The notes: generated from the letters alone by a model not told the origin. 64,000 nucleotides of DNA from Spirochaetota bacterium (GCA_965208615.1 CBDBPB010000001.1:192001-256000), one strand, 5' to 3'; shown: positions 22,225-33,489, counted from the first letter of the stretch. Made by a program: numbers and translations.

Positions 22225-23118
22225 TTAAGAAAAAAGTTGACCGCCAATTACGAAGGTATAACGAAATAAAAAACCTCCGATCAATAACAATATTGAACTT
22301 ACAATAAGTATTGAAGAACTCTGCTCTTCACCATTCTTCTCTTTGTAGTGTGTAAATATCCCAAGAAGTAAAGGTATAATAAGGCCTAGAACCATAACTC
22401 CTCCCCAAAAAACTAAACCAAAACTACTGTTAAAAGCACCAACAGCATGAATTGAATTACCATGATTAAGAGTTAACATCCAAAGCAAGAAAAGAAGAAT
22501 CTCAGAAATAATAGCAAGATTCAAAATTGTACTGGATGACTTTTTAATAGAAGCGTATAAGCCTCTTGTATTCTCTTTTAGGTTAAGAACTAATGTAACC
22601 GCAGCTAAACCAGTTATAATAACACTAATTACTGTAATCATAGTTGTTGGGCCTTGAGTCCAAAGAACCTTGCCCTCAACATTAGAAAATAAATATCCAT
22701 CAAAGCTGCCTATTATAAGAGCAAATGGAACACCAATATAACCTATCATCTTTCTAAGTTTGTCATTATCCTTATAATAAAAGAATGCGTGCATTAACGC
22801 TAAAGGAAAATAGAAAAACTGAGCCCATGCCTTCCATGAAAGAGGAGACATAAGATTAAGTCCACCCGTAAAAAATCTAAACATACGGAAAGGTTTTCCA
22901 AGTTCCATAAATAAGAACAAAAAGCCTATTATAATAGATATAGGGGCAATATAAGCAGCTATCTTAGCTGTATTTTTATACTTGTCCTTATAATAGGTGC
23001 TTATAAAAATAGAAAAAAGAAAAGCCCCAACAGAAATACCGCCAAAATATATATCAGCGGCAATACGCCAATCCCAATATACACGATGAAAAACATCGTA
23101 AAAAACTGTATTATCCAT
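22225..23118 (-). CDS. NrfD/PsrC-family membrane anchor subunit
   Basis: WDWRIAADIYFGG, ELGKPFR, SPLSW, GGFLFRY and multiple TM helices. Confidence 0.9.
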   Translation of the reverse strand: MDNTVFYDVFHRVYWDWRIAADIYFGGISVGAFLFSIFISTYYKDKYKNTAKIAAYIAPISIIIGFLFLFMELGKPFRMFRFFTGGLNLMSPLSWKAWAQFFYFPLALMHAFFYYKDNDKLRKMIGYIGVPFALIIGSFDGYLFSNVEGKVLWTQGPTTMITVISVIITGLAAVTLVLNLKENTRGLYASIKKSSSTILNLAIISEILLFLLWMLTLNHGNSIHAVGAFNSSFGLVFWGGVMVLGLIIPLLLGIFTHYKEKNGEEQSSSILIVSSILLLIGGFLFRYTFVIGGQLFS

Positions 23119-23133
23119 AATTTTTCTCCTTAT

Positions 23134-23838
23134 TTAAAGAACTACTTCTTTTTGCTTGTAAAAAGTTTCACTACGCTCCATGTCAATATAAAAAACCCTG
23201 GGCATAGTTCCAGCAAACTCTTTATCCACAGTAACAGCATTTTTGGAGACAATCTTAGATATCTCACTATTTGGATCGTTTAAATCACCAAAAACCCTTG
23301 CTCTTGGCGGACAAGTATTAACACAAGACGGCTCTACGCCATTTACAACCCTATCCACACAAAAATCACACTTGCTAGCTACCTGCTTATCTGGGTGAAT
23401 AAATCGCTTATCATAAGGGCAATTTATAACACAATATTTACACCCAACACAAACATCATCACTAACCACTACTATACCATCATCTCTTTGATAAGTAGCA
23501 CCTGTTGGACAAACAGATACGCAAGACGGCTTTTTACAATGATTACATAAAACAGGAAGGAAGTTCCTCTTAGTATCTGGAAATTTACCCTTCTCAGATA
23601 CCTTTACCCAACTCCTCCATACTCCTAATGGAACATCATATTGTGCCTTACAAGCCACACTACAACTATGACACCCATAACACTTTTTTAAATCAATAAC
23701 CATACCATAACGTGGCCCAGTGGTAGTGTGTTCTTGACTTGCAGTACAACTTACTACACTATAACTAGCTACGGCAACGGCTGACTTTTTGATAAAACCT
23801 CTTCTGTTAATAGGTTTATCAACTGAGTTCTCTGGCAT
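23134..23838 (-). CDS. 4x[4Fe-4S] electron-transfer subunit (TtrB/NrfC/PsrB family) with its own Tat signal
   Basis: NRRGFIK; CYGCHSCSVAC, CNHCKKPSCVSVCP, CVGCKYCVINCPY and CDFC..PSCVNTCP. Confidence 0.93.
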   Translation of the reverse strand: MPENSVDKPINRRGFIKKSAVAVASYSVVSCTASQEHTTTGPRYGMVIDLKKCYGCHSCSVACKAQYDVPLGVWRSWVKVSEKGKFPDTKRNFLPVLCNHCKKPSCVSVCPTGATYQRDDGIVVVSDDVCVGCKYCVINCPYDKRFIHPDKQVASKCDFCVDRVVNGVEPSCVNTCPPRARVFGDLNDPNSEISKIVSKNAVTVDKEFAGTMPRVFYIDMERSETFYKQKEVVL

Positions 23839-23908
23839 ACTCTTCTCCTTGTTATATAAATTTATTAATAAGCTTATAATAAGCTACTTAATACATAATT
23901 AGCTACAT

Positions 23909-23942
23909 ATAAATTGTTAGTTTATATAAACTGACAATTTAT
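23909..23942. promoter_or_regulatory. 34-bp near-perfect palindrome upstream of the Mo-enzyme operon
   Basis: ATAAATTGTTAGTTTAT|ATAAACTGACAATTTAT, 16/17 pairs, 70 bp before the start at 23838. Confidence 0.55.
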
Positions 23943-24280
23943 TATGACAAGTCTTTTAACTTATTCTTTACTATAAAACAAGATATGTACTATTGGTTAT
24001 ATTTATAGCATTAGAAAAGTGGTTAGTTAAAATGTTTTATTTTACATGTTCTTTGTTAAAGAGTAAAAGAAAAGATAATATATATATAAAACAAGTCAAG
24101 TCTTTTTTTTAAAATATTTTTAAAGAATAATGATGAATAATATGTTCCAAGCTTTATCAGCCCGTTAATTTTTACTTTAAGCTAAACCAACTAAATAAAA
24201 AATCATACTTTTATTAAATATTCTTGCCTAATCATTTTTCATTTAATAACTTATGAATTAACTTATATAACGAGGTGAGT

Positions 24281-27067
24281 ATGACCAAATATAAAGTTGA
24301 ACATGAATATCTTAAGTCATTATTAAATGATATATTAGAAGAACAAATTGGTAGTTGTCTCTATAAAAAAATTAGTAGCCTAATAAATAGATGTACTACC
24401 ACTAAAAATAGCCTGATTAATAAAGAAAATGACTTACTAAACCAAAATACACTTAGTAGTAAAGAGCTTTTACACTGCCTTGAGGATCTGGATAATGATA
24501 CTATATTTGCTTTAGTCCACAGCTACAATATATATTTCCAACTTATCAATATTGCAGAGGATATATTCTACCATCATCAAGATCAAGAGAAACTTAAGTC
24601 TGAGGCTATGGTAGGGGATTCCATTATTAATTGTATTAGCTCCATTAAAGATAAAGGAATAGCAAAAGATAAACTAAAAAAACTAATTAAAAATATTGAA
24701 ATAACTCCCGTTATAACCGCTCATCCTACCGAAGCTAAAAGACAAACTAATCTGCAAAAACATTTAAAGATTTATAAATACCTTATGAATATGACTTCTT
24801 ATCCACACAGTAAACACGAACTGGACAACTTAAGAAAACTAATTCTAGTCGAAATACAAAAACTATGGCAAACCGGTGATATTAGACTAGAAAAACCCAC
24901 TGTTATACAAGAAGTACATAATATGCTGTTCTACTTTGATAAAGTGTTTTATAACGTAATCGACCTAATATATAAAGAACTGGAAGACAGCCTTAATGAC
25001 TACTATAAAGATACTAAATTCGATATTACATCATTCCTAAAATTCGGATCATGGGTAGGAGGAGATAGAGACGGTAATCCTAATGTTACTACTGCTATCA
25101 CAAGAGAAACTCTTAAACTACATAAAGAACTAATATTAAAAAAATATATATCCTCTATCAACCAGCTGATAGAAGATTTTAGTCAGTCTAAATATCTAAC
25201 ACCACATTCTAATATTCTACATGAATCCCTAAATGAGGATATTAAACTATTCTCAAAAGAAAGTGAAAGTATAATTAATCGTAATCCCCATGAACCATTT
25301 AGAATGAAATTAGCTTTTATCTCTAAAAAACTTAATAATACCCTATTAAATAACGCTAATAAAGATAAATTCATTTCCCAGTCCTACCATAGTCCAGATG
25401 ACTTTCTAGACGATCTATTAAAACTAAGAAAAGGATTATTAGAGTCTAACGGACTACGATTAGCACAAGTTGAACTTGATCCGTTTATTAGAAAAGTAAA
25501 AGTATTTGGTTTTCATCTTGCAAAGCTGGATATTCGCCAACATAGTGAACGACATCATCTAGCCCTTAGTGAGATATTTAACGAACTAAATATTTATTAT
25601 AACTATATTAACCTTCATCACAATGAAAAAATAAAAATACTAACCCACGAGCTTAACTCTAAAAGACCTCTAATACCCTGCTACTTAAGCTTTTCAAAAG
25701 ATACCACAGAGAGCTTTTCTATTTTTAAAGAAATGCTTTATCTCAAAAAAGAAATCAGTAAGGACTGCTTAGCTAGCTATATAATTAGTATGACCCATGA
25801 TATAAGTGATTTACTTGCTGTTCAGCTATTGGCTAAAGAAGCTGGGTTATGCGGAGAAAGCGATAATGAACAAAAGTATTTTAGCTATATAGATATTGTT
25901 CCCCTTTTTGAAACCATAGAAGACTTAAGACTAGCACACATAATAATGGAACAGGCTTTTAATAATCCATCATACAGAAAAAACCTAAATGCAAGAAATA
26001 ACATACAAGAGATTATGATCGGATATTCAGATAGCAACAAAGAAGGAGGTATTATTGCCTCTAATTGGGAACTACATCAAACTCAAAAAAGACTAACCGA
26101 GATGTCCGATAAATATAATATTCATTTGAAGCTTTTTCATGGTAGAGGTGGAACAATTAGTAGAGGAGGTAGTGACTACTCAGGCAAGGCTATTGCATCA
26201 CAACCAGAGGGTACAATAAAGGGTAAAGTTAAAATGACTGAACAGGGTGAAGTTCTGTCTTATAAATACTCATATAACCATACTGCAATTATAAGGCTGG
26301 GACTACTCGTATCTAATGTTATATCCTCTACTCTAAATATATCCCGAAAGAGTCCGTCTAGGATAAAGGACTATGAAACTGCACTTGATAAAATATCCAA
26401 GTACGGCTATTCATATTATCGTAAGCTTATTGATAATCCTAATTTTTTTAAATATTTTAAAGAGGCTACCCCATTTAATGAAGTTACCCTTTTAAAACTT
26501 GGTTCTCGTCCAGCTAAAAGAAAGAATAGTGATGAACTAAGTGATATTAGAGCTATTCCATGGGTATTTAGCTGGACACAAAGTCGTCATTTACTTTCTG
26601 GATGGTATTCTATTGGTTATGCAATAAACAAGTTTATTAAAGAGGATCCAGAAAAACATAAGGCACTATTAACAGAGATGTTTGATAAGTGGTTGTTTTT
26701 CCAAATACTAATAGAAAACGTTGTTATGAACCTTGTTAAAACTGATATGGATATTGCTAAAAATTATGCATCCATAGTCAGTGACAACAAAGTAAAAGAA
26801 GTTTATGATATTATAAAAAAGGAGCATGATCTTACTGTTGACGTCATTCTATTGATTAAAAACCAAGATAAGCTATTATTGGATAGTTCTTCGTTAAAGA
26901 AGTCCATTGACCTAAGAAAACCATATATTGATTTTATTAACCATATACAGATTATCTTATTGCAAAGATTAAGAAAGAATAGCAATCTAGCTAAGGATCA
27001 AAACTTTATTAATCTAATATTGCGGACAATTAACTGTATTGCTGCTGGTATGAGAAATACTGGTTAA
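24281..27067 (+). CDS. ppc: Phosphoenolpyruvate carboxylase
   Basis: TAHPTE, GSWVGGDRDGNP, GYSDSNKEGG, FHGRGG, RAIPWVFSW and C-terminal MRNTG. Confidence 0.97.
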   Translation: MTKYKVEHEYLKSLLNDILEEQIGSCLYKKISSLINRCTTTKNSLINKENDLLNQNTLSSKELLHCLEDLDNDTIFALVHSYNIYFQLINIAEDIFYHHQDQEKLKSEAMVGDSIINCISSIKDKGIAKDKLKKLIKNIEITPVITAHPTEAKRQTNLQKHLKIYKYLMNMTSYPHSKHELDNLRKLILVEIQKLWQTGDIRLEKPTVIQEVHNMLFYFDKVFYNVIDLIYKELEDSLNDYYKDTKFDITSFLKFGSWVGGDRDGNPNVTTAITRETLKLHKELILKKYISSINQLIEDFSQSKYLTPHSNILHESLNEDIKLFSKESESIINRNPHEPFRMKLAFISKKLNNTLLNNANKDKFISQSYHSPDDFLDDLLKLRKGLLESNGLRLAQVELDPFIRKVKVFGFHLAKLDIRQHSERHHLALSEIFNELNIYYNYINLHHNEKIKILTHELNSKRPLIPCYLSFSKDTTESFSIFKEMLYLKKEISKDCLASYIISMTHDISDLLAVQLLAKEAGLCGESDNEQKYFSYIDIVPLFETIEDLRLAHIIMEQAFNNPSYRKNLNARNNIQEIMIGYSDSNKEGGIIASNWELHQTQKRLTEMSDKYNIHLKLFHGRGGTISRGGSDYSGKAIASQPEGTIKGKVKMTEQGEVLSYKYSYNHTAIIRLGLLVSNVISSTLNISRKSPSRIKDYETALDKISKYGYSYYRKLIDNPNFFKYFKEATPFNEVTLLKLGSRPAKRKNSDELSDIRAIPWVFSWTQSRHLLSGWYSIGYAINKFIKEDPEKHKALLTEMFDKWLFFQILIENVVMNLVKTDMDIAKNYASIVSDNKVKEVYDIIKKEHDLTVDVILLIKNQDKLLLDSSSLKKSIDLRKPYIDFINHIQIILLQRLRKNSNLAKDQNFINLILRTINCIAAGMRNTG

Positions 27068-28881
27068 TTTAATTTTGATTTAATATTAAAATATTCTTCG
27101 GTTATATTTATATAGGTTCTTTTTTTTGAAAAACATTTTTCTAATTCAGGGTATTGGAACAACTGACAAATATTTACACAAAATATCATTACATTGCCAA
27201 AAGCATTAATTACTACTTTATCGTTTAAATACTGATGGTTAGAGATAATGTATGTTGAAAAGGGTAATAATCTAGGTTTATCGTCTATATAGTTAATAGT
27301 TTCGCTATATGAGTCAAAGATAGACTTATCCTTCACTGCTAACTGCTGAGCTAAATAATTATTATATAATATTTGACCTAGCTTTTGTGATATTAGATAA
27401 AGGGTATCAAGAGTCATTTTATAAATATCACACATTATTTTTTCTTTTTCAACCTCTGTTTTATTTGTATTAATATATTCTTTATATACATCAAAAGGTA
27501 TTGTGATACTCCATCTTTGTTTTAGTCTTTCCAACTCATTAGATATATCTAAAAGTCTATTAAGCTCCTCTATAAATAGCTGTTTTAAAAACAAAGTATG
27601 GGCTTCCTCTAGCTCTATATGGACTTTTTTAAGATATAAGGTTCCTTTTAATAGATCCTCATAAAATAAGATAAACCCTTTTATTAGCCTTATAAAAATT
27701 AGAGTCATGTTATCAGCAGACTCACGAATAAAGTTTATACCATATACATTATTAGCAAGCTTAAGGGATTCAAAGCTTTTAAAGTCCTTTATAATACTAT
27801 GATGATAAACAAGTGCAATTAAATTAGTTAAATAGTCTTCATCTTTATAGTTAAGATTAAAATTATTTTCTACAAACTGCATATAAAAAAGTTCTTTTTC
27901 AGCTTTTTTAAAGTTAGACTTAAGGGATTCCAAGTGATCTTTTATTTTTTGTACAACTTTTTTAGAAAAGTTGTACTCACTATTATCAATTTCTTTTACT
28001 TTGTTATGTAAAACAAGATCAGCCAACTCAACATGACGTCTAAAGCTAAGCATATAAACTCCAGTAATTACGTTATAAAGTGTTATCTTATTAGAAGTTA
28101 TATCGATTAATTGGCTAAGAAAGTTCATTACTTCATCCAGATTATTTAGCTGTTTAGTATATGGAAATAGATCTCTAAAAGTATTTATGAGAATAGTTTT
28201 ATAATTTTCATTTGATACAATTTGTAAATATGGTGATATAAATGAATTCATTATACTACAAATGGTATTGACATCATTTATTTTTAAGATATTCCCGCTA
28301 TCTAAAAAGCCTTTAATAAATTTTGAAAACGTATTTATTACGTTATACTCCAATCGTCCAAGGGAGTCCCATTTATTTTCCAGAATATAGACTGTTGGTC
28401 CCAACAGCAAATAAATAACTTTTTCAATTATCCACTTATAAGTTTTCTTACTATCATTTGTTATATAAAAGCTCATTGAGAAAAGTTTAGCATTAATAAC
28501 ATTAGTTTGGTTTGCAAAGGATTTCAATTTTTTTTTATTGCTAAATAAAAATCTTATAAAAGATTCTCTTATAATGGGAGTCCATTTTTTTCTTTTAATT
28601 TTAGTCTTAGTTTTAGTTTTAGTTTTTATATCCTCGGAGGAGTCGCTAACACTATTCTTTAAAAAAGATTCTTCTCTATCAAGTTCTTCAATATATGTTA
28701 TTCTTTTTAAGACGTTAGATTCTTTTTTAATAAAAGAGTCGATTAGGTATTTATTTTTTTCAGGTCGTTCAAGCCTTAGCAGTTCTATAAACCTAAAGAA
28801 ATCTTTTAATTCATTATTTATTTTGTATGAAACATTATTTCTTTCGCTTTCTTCAATAATTGATGGATCAAAACCTTTCAT
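27064..28881 (-). CDS. Hypothetical helical cytoplasmic protein (605 aa)
   Basis: Long ORF with GAGGTG RBS; stop shares TTAA with ppc; no family recognised. Confidence 0.65.
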   Translation of the reverse strand: MKGFDPSIIEESERNNVSYKINNELKDFFRFIELLRLERPEKNKYLIDSFIKKESNVLKRITYIEELDREESFLKNSVSDSSEDIKTKTKTKTKIKRKKWTPIIRESFIRFLFSNKKKLKSFANQTNVINAKLFSMSFYITNDSKKTYKWIIEKVIYLLLGPTVYILENKWDSLGRLEYNVINTFSKFIKGFLDSGNILKINDVNTICSIMNSFISPYLQIVSNENYKTILINTFRDLFPYTKQLNNLDEVMNFLSQLIDITSNKITLYNVITGVYMLSFRRHVELADLVLHNKVKEIDNSEYNFSKKVVQKIKDHLESLKSNFKKAEKELFYMQFVENNFNLNYKDEDYLTNLIALVYHHSIIKDFKSFESLKLANNVYGINFIRESADNMTLIFIRLIKGFILFYEDLLKGTLYLKKVHIELEEAHTLFLKQLFIEELNRLLDISNELERLKQRWSITIPFDVYKEYINTNKTEVEKEKIMCDIYKMTLDTLYLISQKLGQILYNNYLAQQLAVKDKSIFDSYSETINYIDDKPRLLPFSTYIISNHQYLNDKVVINAFGNVMIFCVNICQLFQYPELEKCFSKKRTYINITEEYFNIKSKLN

Positions 28882-29347
28882 GTTATCACCTCACTATCAA
28901 GGTATATTTTTTAATTAGGCTATAATTTTAGCCCTCTCTTATTAAAGCTATTAAAAAATAGATTGCATTTTTTTAAGTTTGTTTAGCTATCATACAAATG
29001 ATAAGCCCATCTTTTATTAAATAAAATAAATATTAAAGCAATATAAAACAATGCTAATTGTTTTTTTTAGTTTTACAGTTATAATTACTTTATAAATTTT
29101 TTATAAACCTTTACAAAAATAATAGTATATTTATCCCTATTCACTTTTGCTAAATTGAAACTCTATAGATAACTTAATACTGCAATTTAAAAAAAAATAT
29201 ATACACAATTACTTTTTTACAGCCAAAGTAATATAAACACTTTGGGGTATGAATACAAATATGTTAAAAAACAGTAATATTTTATGGTATATAATGATTA
29301 TTATAGTATAACAAAAGGTATTTTTATATTAAGATTGTTATAATATA

Positions 29348-31197
29348 ATGGATTAGTAAATCTTAAAAAGATTGGAGTATATAAAAACTAACATGGAATC
29401 AGAAAAAACTAAACTAGATAATCTATTAGCAACATTCAAAGATATAGAAAAAAAACTTGAAATCGGTAAAAATACTACCAATCTCATAAAACAATTATTA
29501 CTTATTCCAATTTTTAATAACGCACTAAATAAAAAGTTTAGCAAAAAAGAAATGGATGACCTAAAAACAGGAAAAGCTAATAGAGCATTAATTATTACCG
29601 CTAAAACAACTCTTTTAGCTATCTCTCAAAAAGCAATAGCAGATATAGAACTAAGCCTATATCAAAAAACTAATGACCATGAAGTCTTTGAAGGCGATAG
29701 ATTAAACTCATTAATTGGAGATGTAGATAATATATCACCTGATAAAAGTAGTCCTCGTTCTAGTGAGGCGGATGCAATTAAAGCAAGTGACTTCTATAGT
29801 AGTTTTTTTTCATATTCTGCTATGGAACAGTTACTAGAGTTTATTAAAACTGGACGTATGCCTCCAACTTATAAAAAATATCTTAGTGTATCTTTTATCG
29901 ATATTGTTGGTTTTTCTACTATGGCAGAATATTTTCCTTCTGAAAAAGTAGTTAGTTTCTTAAACTTCTTTTTCAACCAAGTACAAGGAACAATAGAAAA
30001 GTATGGCGGCGATATAGACAAGTTTATAGGAGATGCACTACTTGTAATATTTAATAGTGCAGAAAGTGCTGTAAGATGTTCCTTAGAGATATTACTAAAA
30101 GACATTGATATAGTTAATTTTAAGCTCCAGTCAATGGAAATGACAGAAATAAAAATACACTGTGGAATAAATACAGGATGGGTAGTACAAGGATATATAG
30201 GATCAAACAAAAGAAGAGAGACTACAGTAATAGGTGATGGGGTTAATACTGCATCAAGAATTCAAAGTATGTCACCACCAAATAAAATATATATAACCTC
30301 AACTACTTTTGTATCCCTTGGTAAGATCAAAGAGCTGTTTGAGCCAATAGGAAGAAAAAAACTAAGGGGGAAAAGTACAAGAAATTATGGTATACGAATA
30401 TGTAAAAAAAGTTCCATCTAATCACTTGGTAGTGCTTTATGAACATGACTCAAGTATAGCCAACTCTATTGAGGATGAAATGAGTGGAATCGGTATAAAA
30501 AACCTAACTAAATGTAATACATATAATAAGTTTGAGACTATGGTATCACCCGGTAAAAATAAGATTTTAGTTACTGGGCCATCTATAGACTTAGTTGAAC
30601 TAGAAAAAACTTATAAAATGGTTAATGAAAAATGTGAACAAAAACTACCTATAATACCCAATTATCAGAAAAAAACTCGATACTAATGCATACTCTATAC
30701 TAGAGAAAATGGGATTCCATACAATTATCCCGCTATATATAGAAGGAAGTATGGAAAAAGTAAATGATGTACTTGTCACTGAAAACGTAAAGGATATACC
30801 AAGACGAGAAATAGAACCTAAACCAACTGTAGCTCCTAATGAAAGTCAAGATTCTAAAACAACAGAAAGTGAACATAATAAAATTACCATATCTGCAACC
30901 TCAGATAAGGTTAACCTAAATATTAACTCAATACTAAAAGAGTCAGAAAAAGAAATCCTAAAAAAAGATATAGAAAAATTATGGGAATATTCCCATCATA
31001 AAAATAAACTGGTTTTCGTATTAACAATATCTGTAACAGATAAAGACAAACTAAACGACTTTTTCTTTCATGATACTCTTTCACTATTTAGTTTTATATC
31101 CAATCCAGAAGATGTAAAACTTAAAATAGACTTTATAGATCTGCCTCCTGATAACTGGGAAGATATTAAATCTAACTTTAAATATCAGTTTATATAA
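29348..31197 (+). pseudogene. Class III adenylate cyclase with receiver-like and C-terminal domains, frameshifted (probably assembly errors)
   Basis: FIDIVGFS, DKFIGDA and TVIGDGVNTASR; ORFs 29372-30421, 30387-30686 and 30709-31197 join on removing one base at about 30370 and one at about 30658; the 5' end is uncertain. Confidence 0.75.
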
Positions 31198-31211
31198 GCC
31201 GTAATAAAAAC

Positions 31212-32120
31212 CTATGATATAAGCTTTTTATTAGTTAATATATTCTTAATAATAGATTTAACTATCCTAATAGGAGAAAAACTAATACTAACTAAAGAAG
31301 GATAATCTAAACTTATAGGTGGAATATCACTATTACCTATTATATTTATTTTATCAAGTCTCCACTGACCAATATCTAACTGCTTTGCCGCCCTTAGGAT
31401 ACGATAATCCTCAAGGTCTATACCCAAAAGATTTGTTACAACCCTATCAATGGATACGCAATCAATTCCAGAGAATAATAATCCGAGTTCCTTAGGCTCA
31501 CCGCCCCTTGGACCCTTCTTATTCATAACAGTTATGGCATCAACAATAGTAAAGCTAGGCCTAATATGCTTATAATTTCTTATTAGCATTTCTGCAAAGT
31601 TATTTAACTTATCCCCGTGAACAAGATGGAGCCATGCTTTTCGCTTACCACTTACAAAGCCATAAAGATTCTTTACTGCACAAGTTAACAATAACTGAAC
31701 GTGAACCTTTAACTTAGGTAAATTAATAATCTTATCATACTCTGATAAAGCATTATCCAATTTATTAAGCTTTTTATTAGGATTATTAAACTCAACAATA
31801 TTAACTCCCATATTAGATAGCCTATCCAATATGGATAATTTATTTAAAATACCTTTCACACTACCAAAAGCAGGACTATCACCAACAAAAACCTTTGCAC
31901 CATAATCAGTAAGCAACTCAGATATACCAAGTATAATTCTGGGATCGGTAACAACAGGATCATATATATCCTTAGGACTAATTAACAAATTAGGCTTAAG
32001 TAGTACAGTCTCACCTGTTTTAATAAAAGATTTAACTCCGCCGTGAAGGTTAAAAACCTTTTCAGCTATATCTTTAATGCGGTAGTAGCCTTTAGTATAT
32101 GTTATTCCAACATTAGTCAT
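31212..32120 (-). CDS. DUF362 domain protein
   Basis: VLLKPNL, VGDSP, INLPKLKVH, TCAVKNLYG and KGPRGG motifs. Confidence 0.85.
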   Translation of the reverse strand: MTNVGITYTKGYYRIKDIAEKVFNLHGGVKSFIKTGETVLLKPNLLISPKDIYDPVVTDPRIILGISELLTDYGAKVFVGDSPAFGSVKGILNKLSILDRLSNMGVNIVEFNNPNKKLNKLDNALSEYDKIINLPKLKVHVQLLLTCAVKNLYGFVSGKRKAWLHLVHGDKLNNFAEMLIRNYKHIRPSFTIVDAITVMNKKGPRGGEPKELGLLFSGIDCVSIDRVVTNLLGIDLEDYRILRAAKQLDIGQWRLDKINIIGNSDIPPISLDYPSLVSISFSPIRIVKSIIKNILTNKKLIS

Positions 32121-32186
32121 TATCACCCTATGCAATATTTCTTTATATAGCTTTAACTTTTAAACATCGACAAAATTTATTTATAC

Positions 32187-32215
32187 TTGACACCTTTGGC
32201 TTTTTACAATATAAT
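32187..32215 (+). promoter_or_regulatory. Perfect sigma70 promoter of flaA
   Basis: TTGACA (32187-32192), 17-nt spacer, TATAAT (32210-32215). Confidence 0.8.
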
Positions 32216-32265
32216 TTATTATGTAACAATAAAATATTGAAGTACCACCTATAAGGAGCACTATT

Positions 32266-33280
32266 ATGAAAAAAACTAAGTTATTATTTTTTCTGCTTAT
32301 CTTTATAAGCCTAGGGATAAGCAGTTTTTCACAGTCTGATAAGCCTGATCAACCTAAAACTAAAGATACTGGAGAACGTAATAAAGTCTTAATCGACTTC
32401 ACACAATATGAACAAAAAAATAGTGAACTTGGTATTTATGCAAAAAAAAAACCCAGATGACTGGGAAAAAAATCCTACCAAATATGTAGTAACACAAAAT
32501 GATATGTCCCTGGATAATTGGATAGTTACATTTAACTCATCATCTGATCTTCCAAGTAGTAGGATAATGTCTTATACTAAAAAAGTCCTAACAAAAAAAG
32601 GAGAAGTTGTATTAGGCAGTAGAATACATTTTCCAATGCGAGAATCCTACTCTCACGCTACCATAAAGCCGCTTTATGAGATAATGGAATACTCTAGTAA
32701 TGGTGGATTGGCTAATATTGGTAATGGTGTTGTTTCAAACGTTGATATAGTAAAAAATGTAGCTGTAGAGGTTAGTGGACGAAACTTTAGAAATAGACTT
32801 TTTCTTAGATTAATTGACCAAAATAGGCGGTTTAGGGACTTCTTTATGGGATACCTAAGCTTTGTTGGATGGAGAAAACTTATTTGGAAAAATCCACATT
32901 ATATAGCCAATGTAGATAAAAGAGATTTGTTTAGACCAAAACTATATCCACGAGAACTCCCCTATTATAAGTTCTACGCTTTTATTGTATCAAGACCTTA
33001 TCACGGAGTTAAGGGAGACTTTGTAGTCTATTTTAAAAAAGTCACCATGAACTATGATCTATACAACATTTATAAAGATAGTCTTAGTATAGACGATGAA
33101 AAAACATGGGGTATTAAAAAAAGAAGAAATATTATACGTCAAGCTTTCCTAAAAAAGGTAAACTCTAACCTAAGAGAACTTAGACTATACGAAGAAAGAA
33201 AAATGGGTATGAATATAGAACACCCAAATAAACCTAAAACCGATAAACCTAAGACAGATAAAACAGAAGATAAATCTTAA
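32266..33280 (+). CDS. flaA: Periplasmic flagellar filament sheath protein FlaA (one frameshift in an A10 run)
   Basis: Signal peptide; LIDF, W.V.FNSS, VLGSRIHFP, GNGVVSNV, MGYLSFVGWRKLIWKNPHYI and IDDEKTW, characteristic of spirochaete FlaA; frames join on removing one A at 32442-32451. Confidence 0.85.
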
Positions 33281-33289
33281 AAGTAGTTC

Positions 33290-33325
33290 TATAGTTTAAT
33301 CAGCTAGTTTGCTGGTTAAACTGTA
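33290..33325 (+). terminator. Hairpin after flaA
   Basis: 15-bp stem TATAGTTTAATCAGC / GCTGGTTAAACTGTA with two G.U pairs valid on the + strand. Confidence 0.6.
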
Positions 33326-33489
33326 TAGCAACTATTTTATTCTTACCTTTGACAGCCTTAGCAATACTTAATTAACAATATAACTATTCTTTTATAAAAT
33401 GCAGTTACCTGTTTAGCCTTTTTAGCGTTATTATTTTTTGATAAAGCTCTATATTTAATAGTATATTTTAAACTAAAAAGTATTTTTAT

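Noticed and set aside
27064-27067. Convergent genes abutting or sharing stop codons (also 6089/6090, 15673-15683, 52369/52370)
   Set aside because: Expected in compact AT-rich genomes, where TTAA provides stops on both strands.
28882-29347. Long intergenic region as possible ncRNA or riboswitch
   Set aside because: Extremely AT-rich, with no stable stems or recognisable riboswitch or tRNA motifs by eye.
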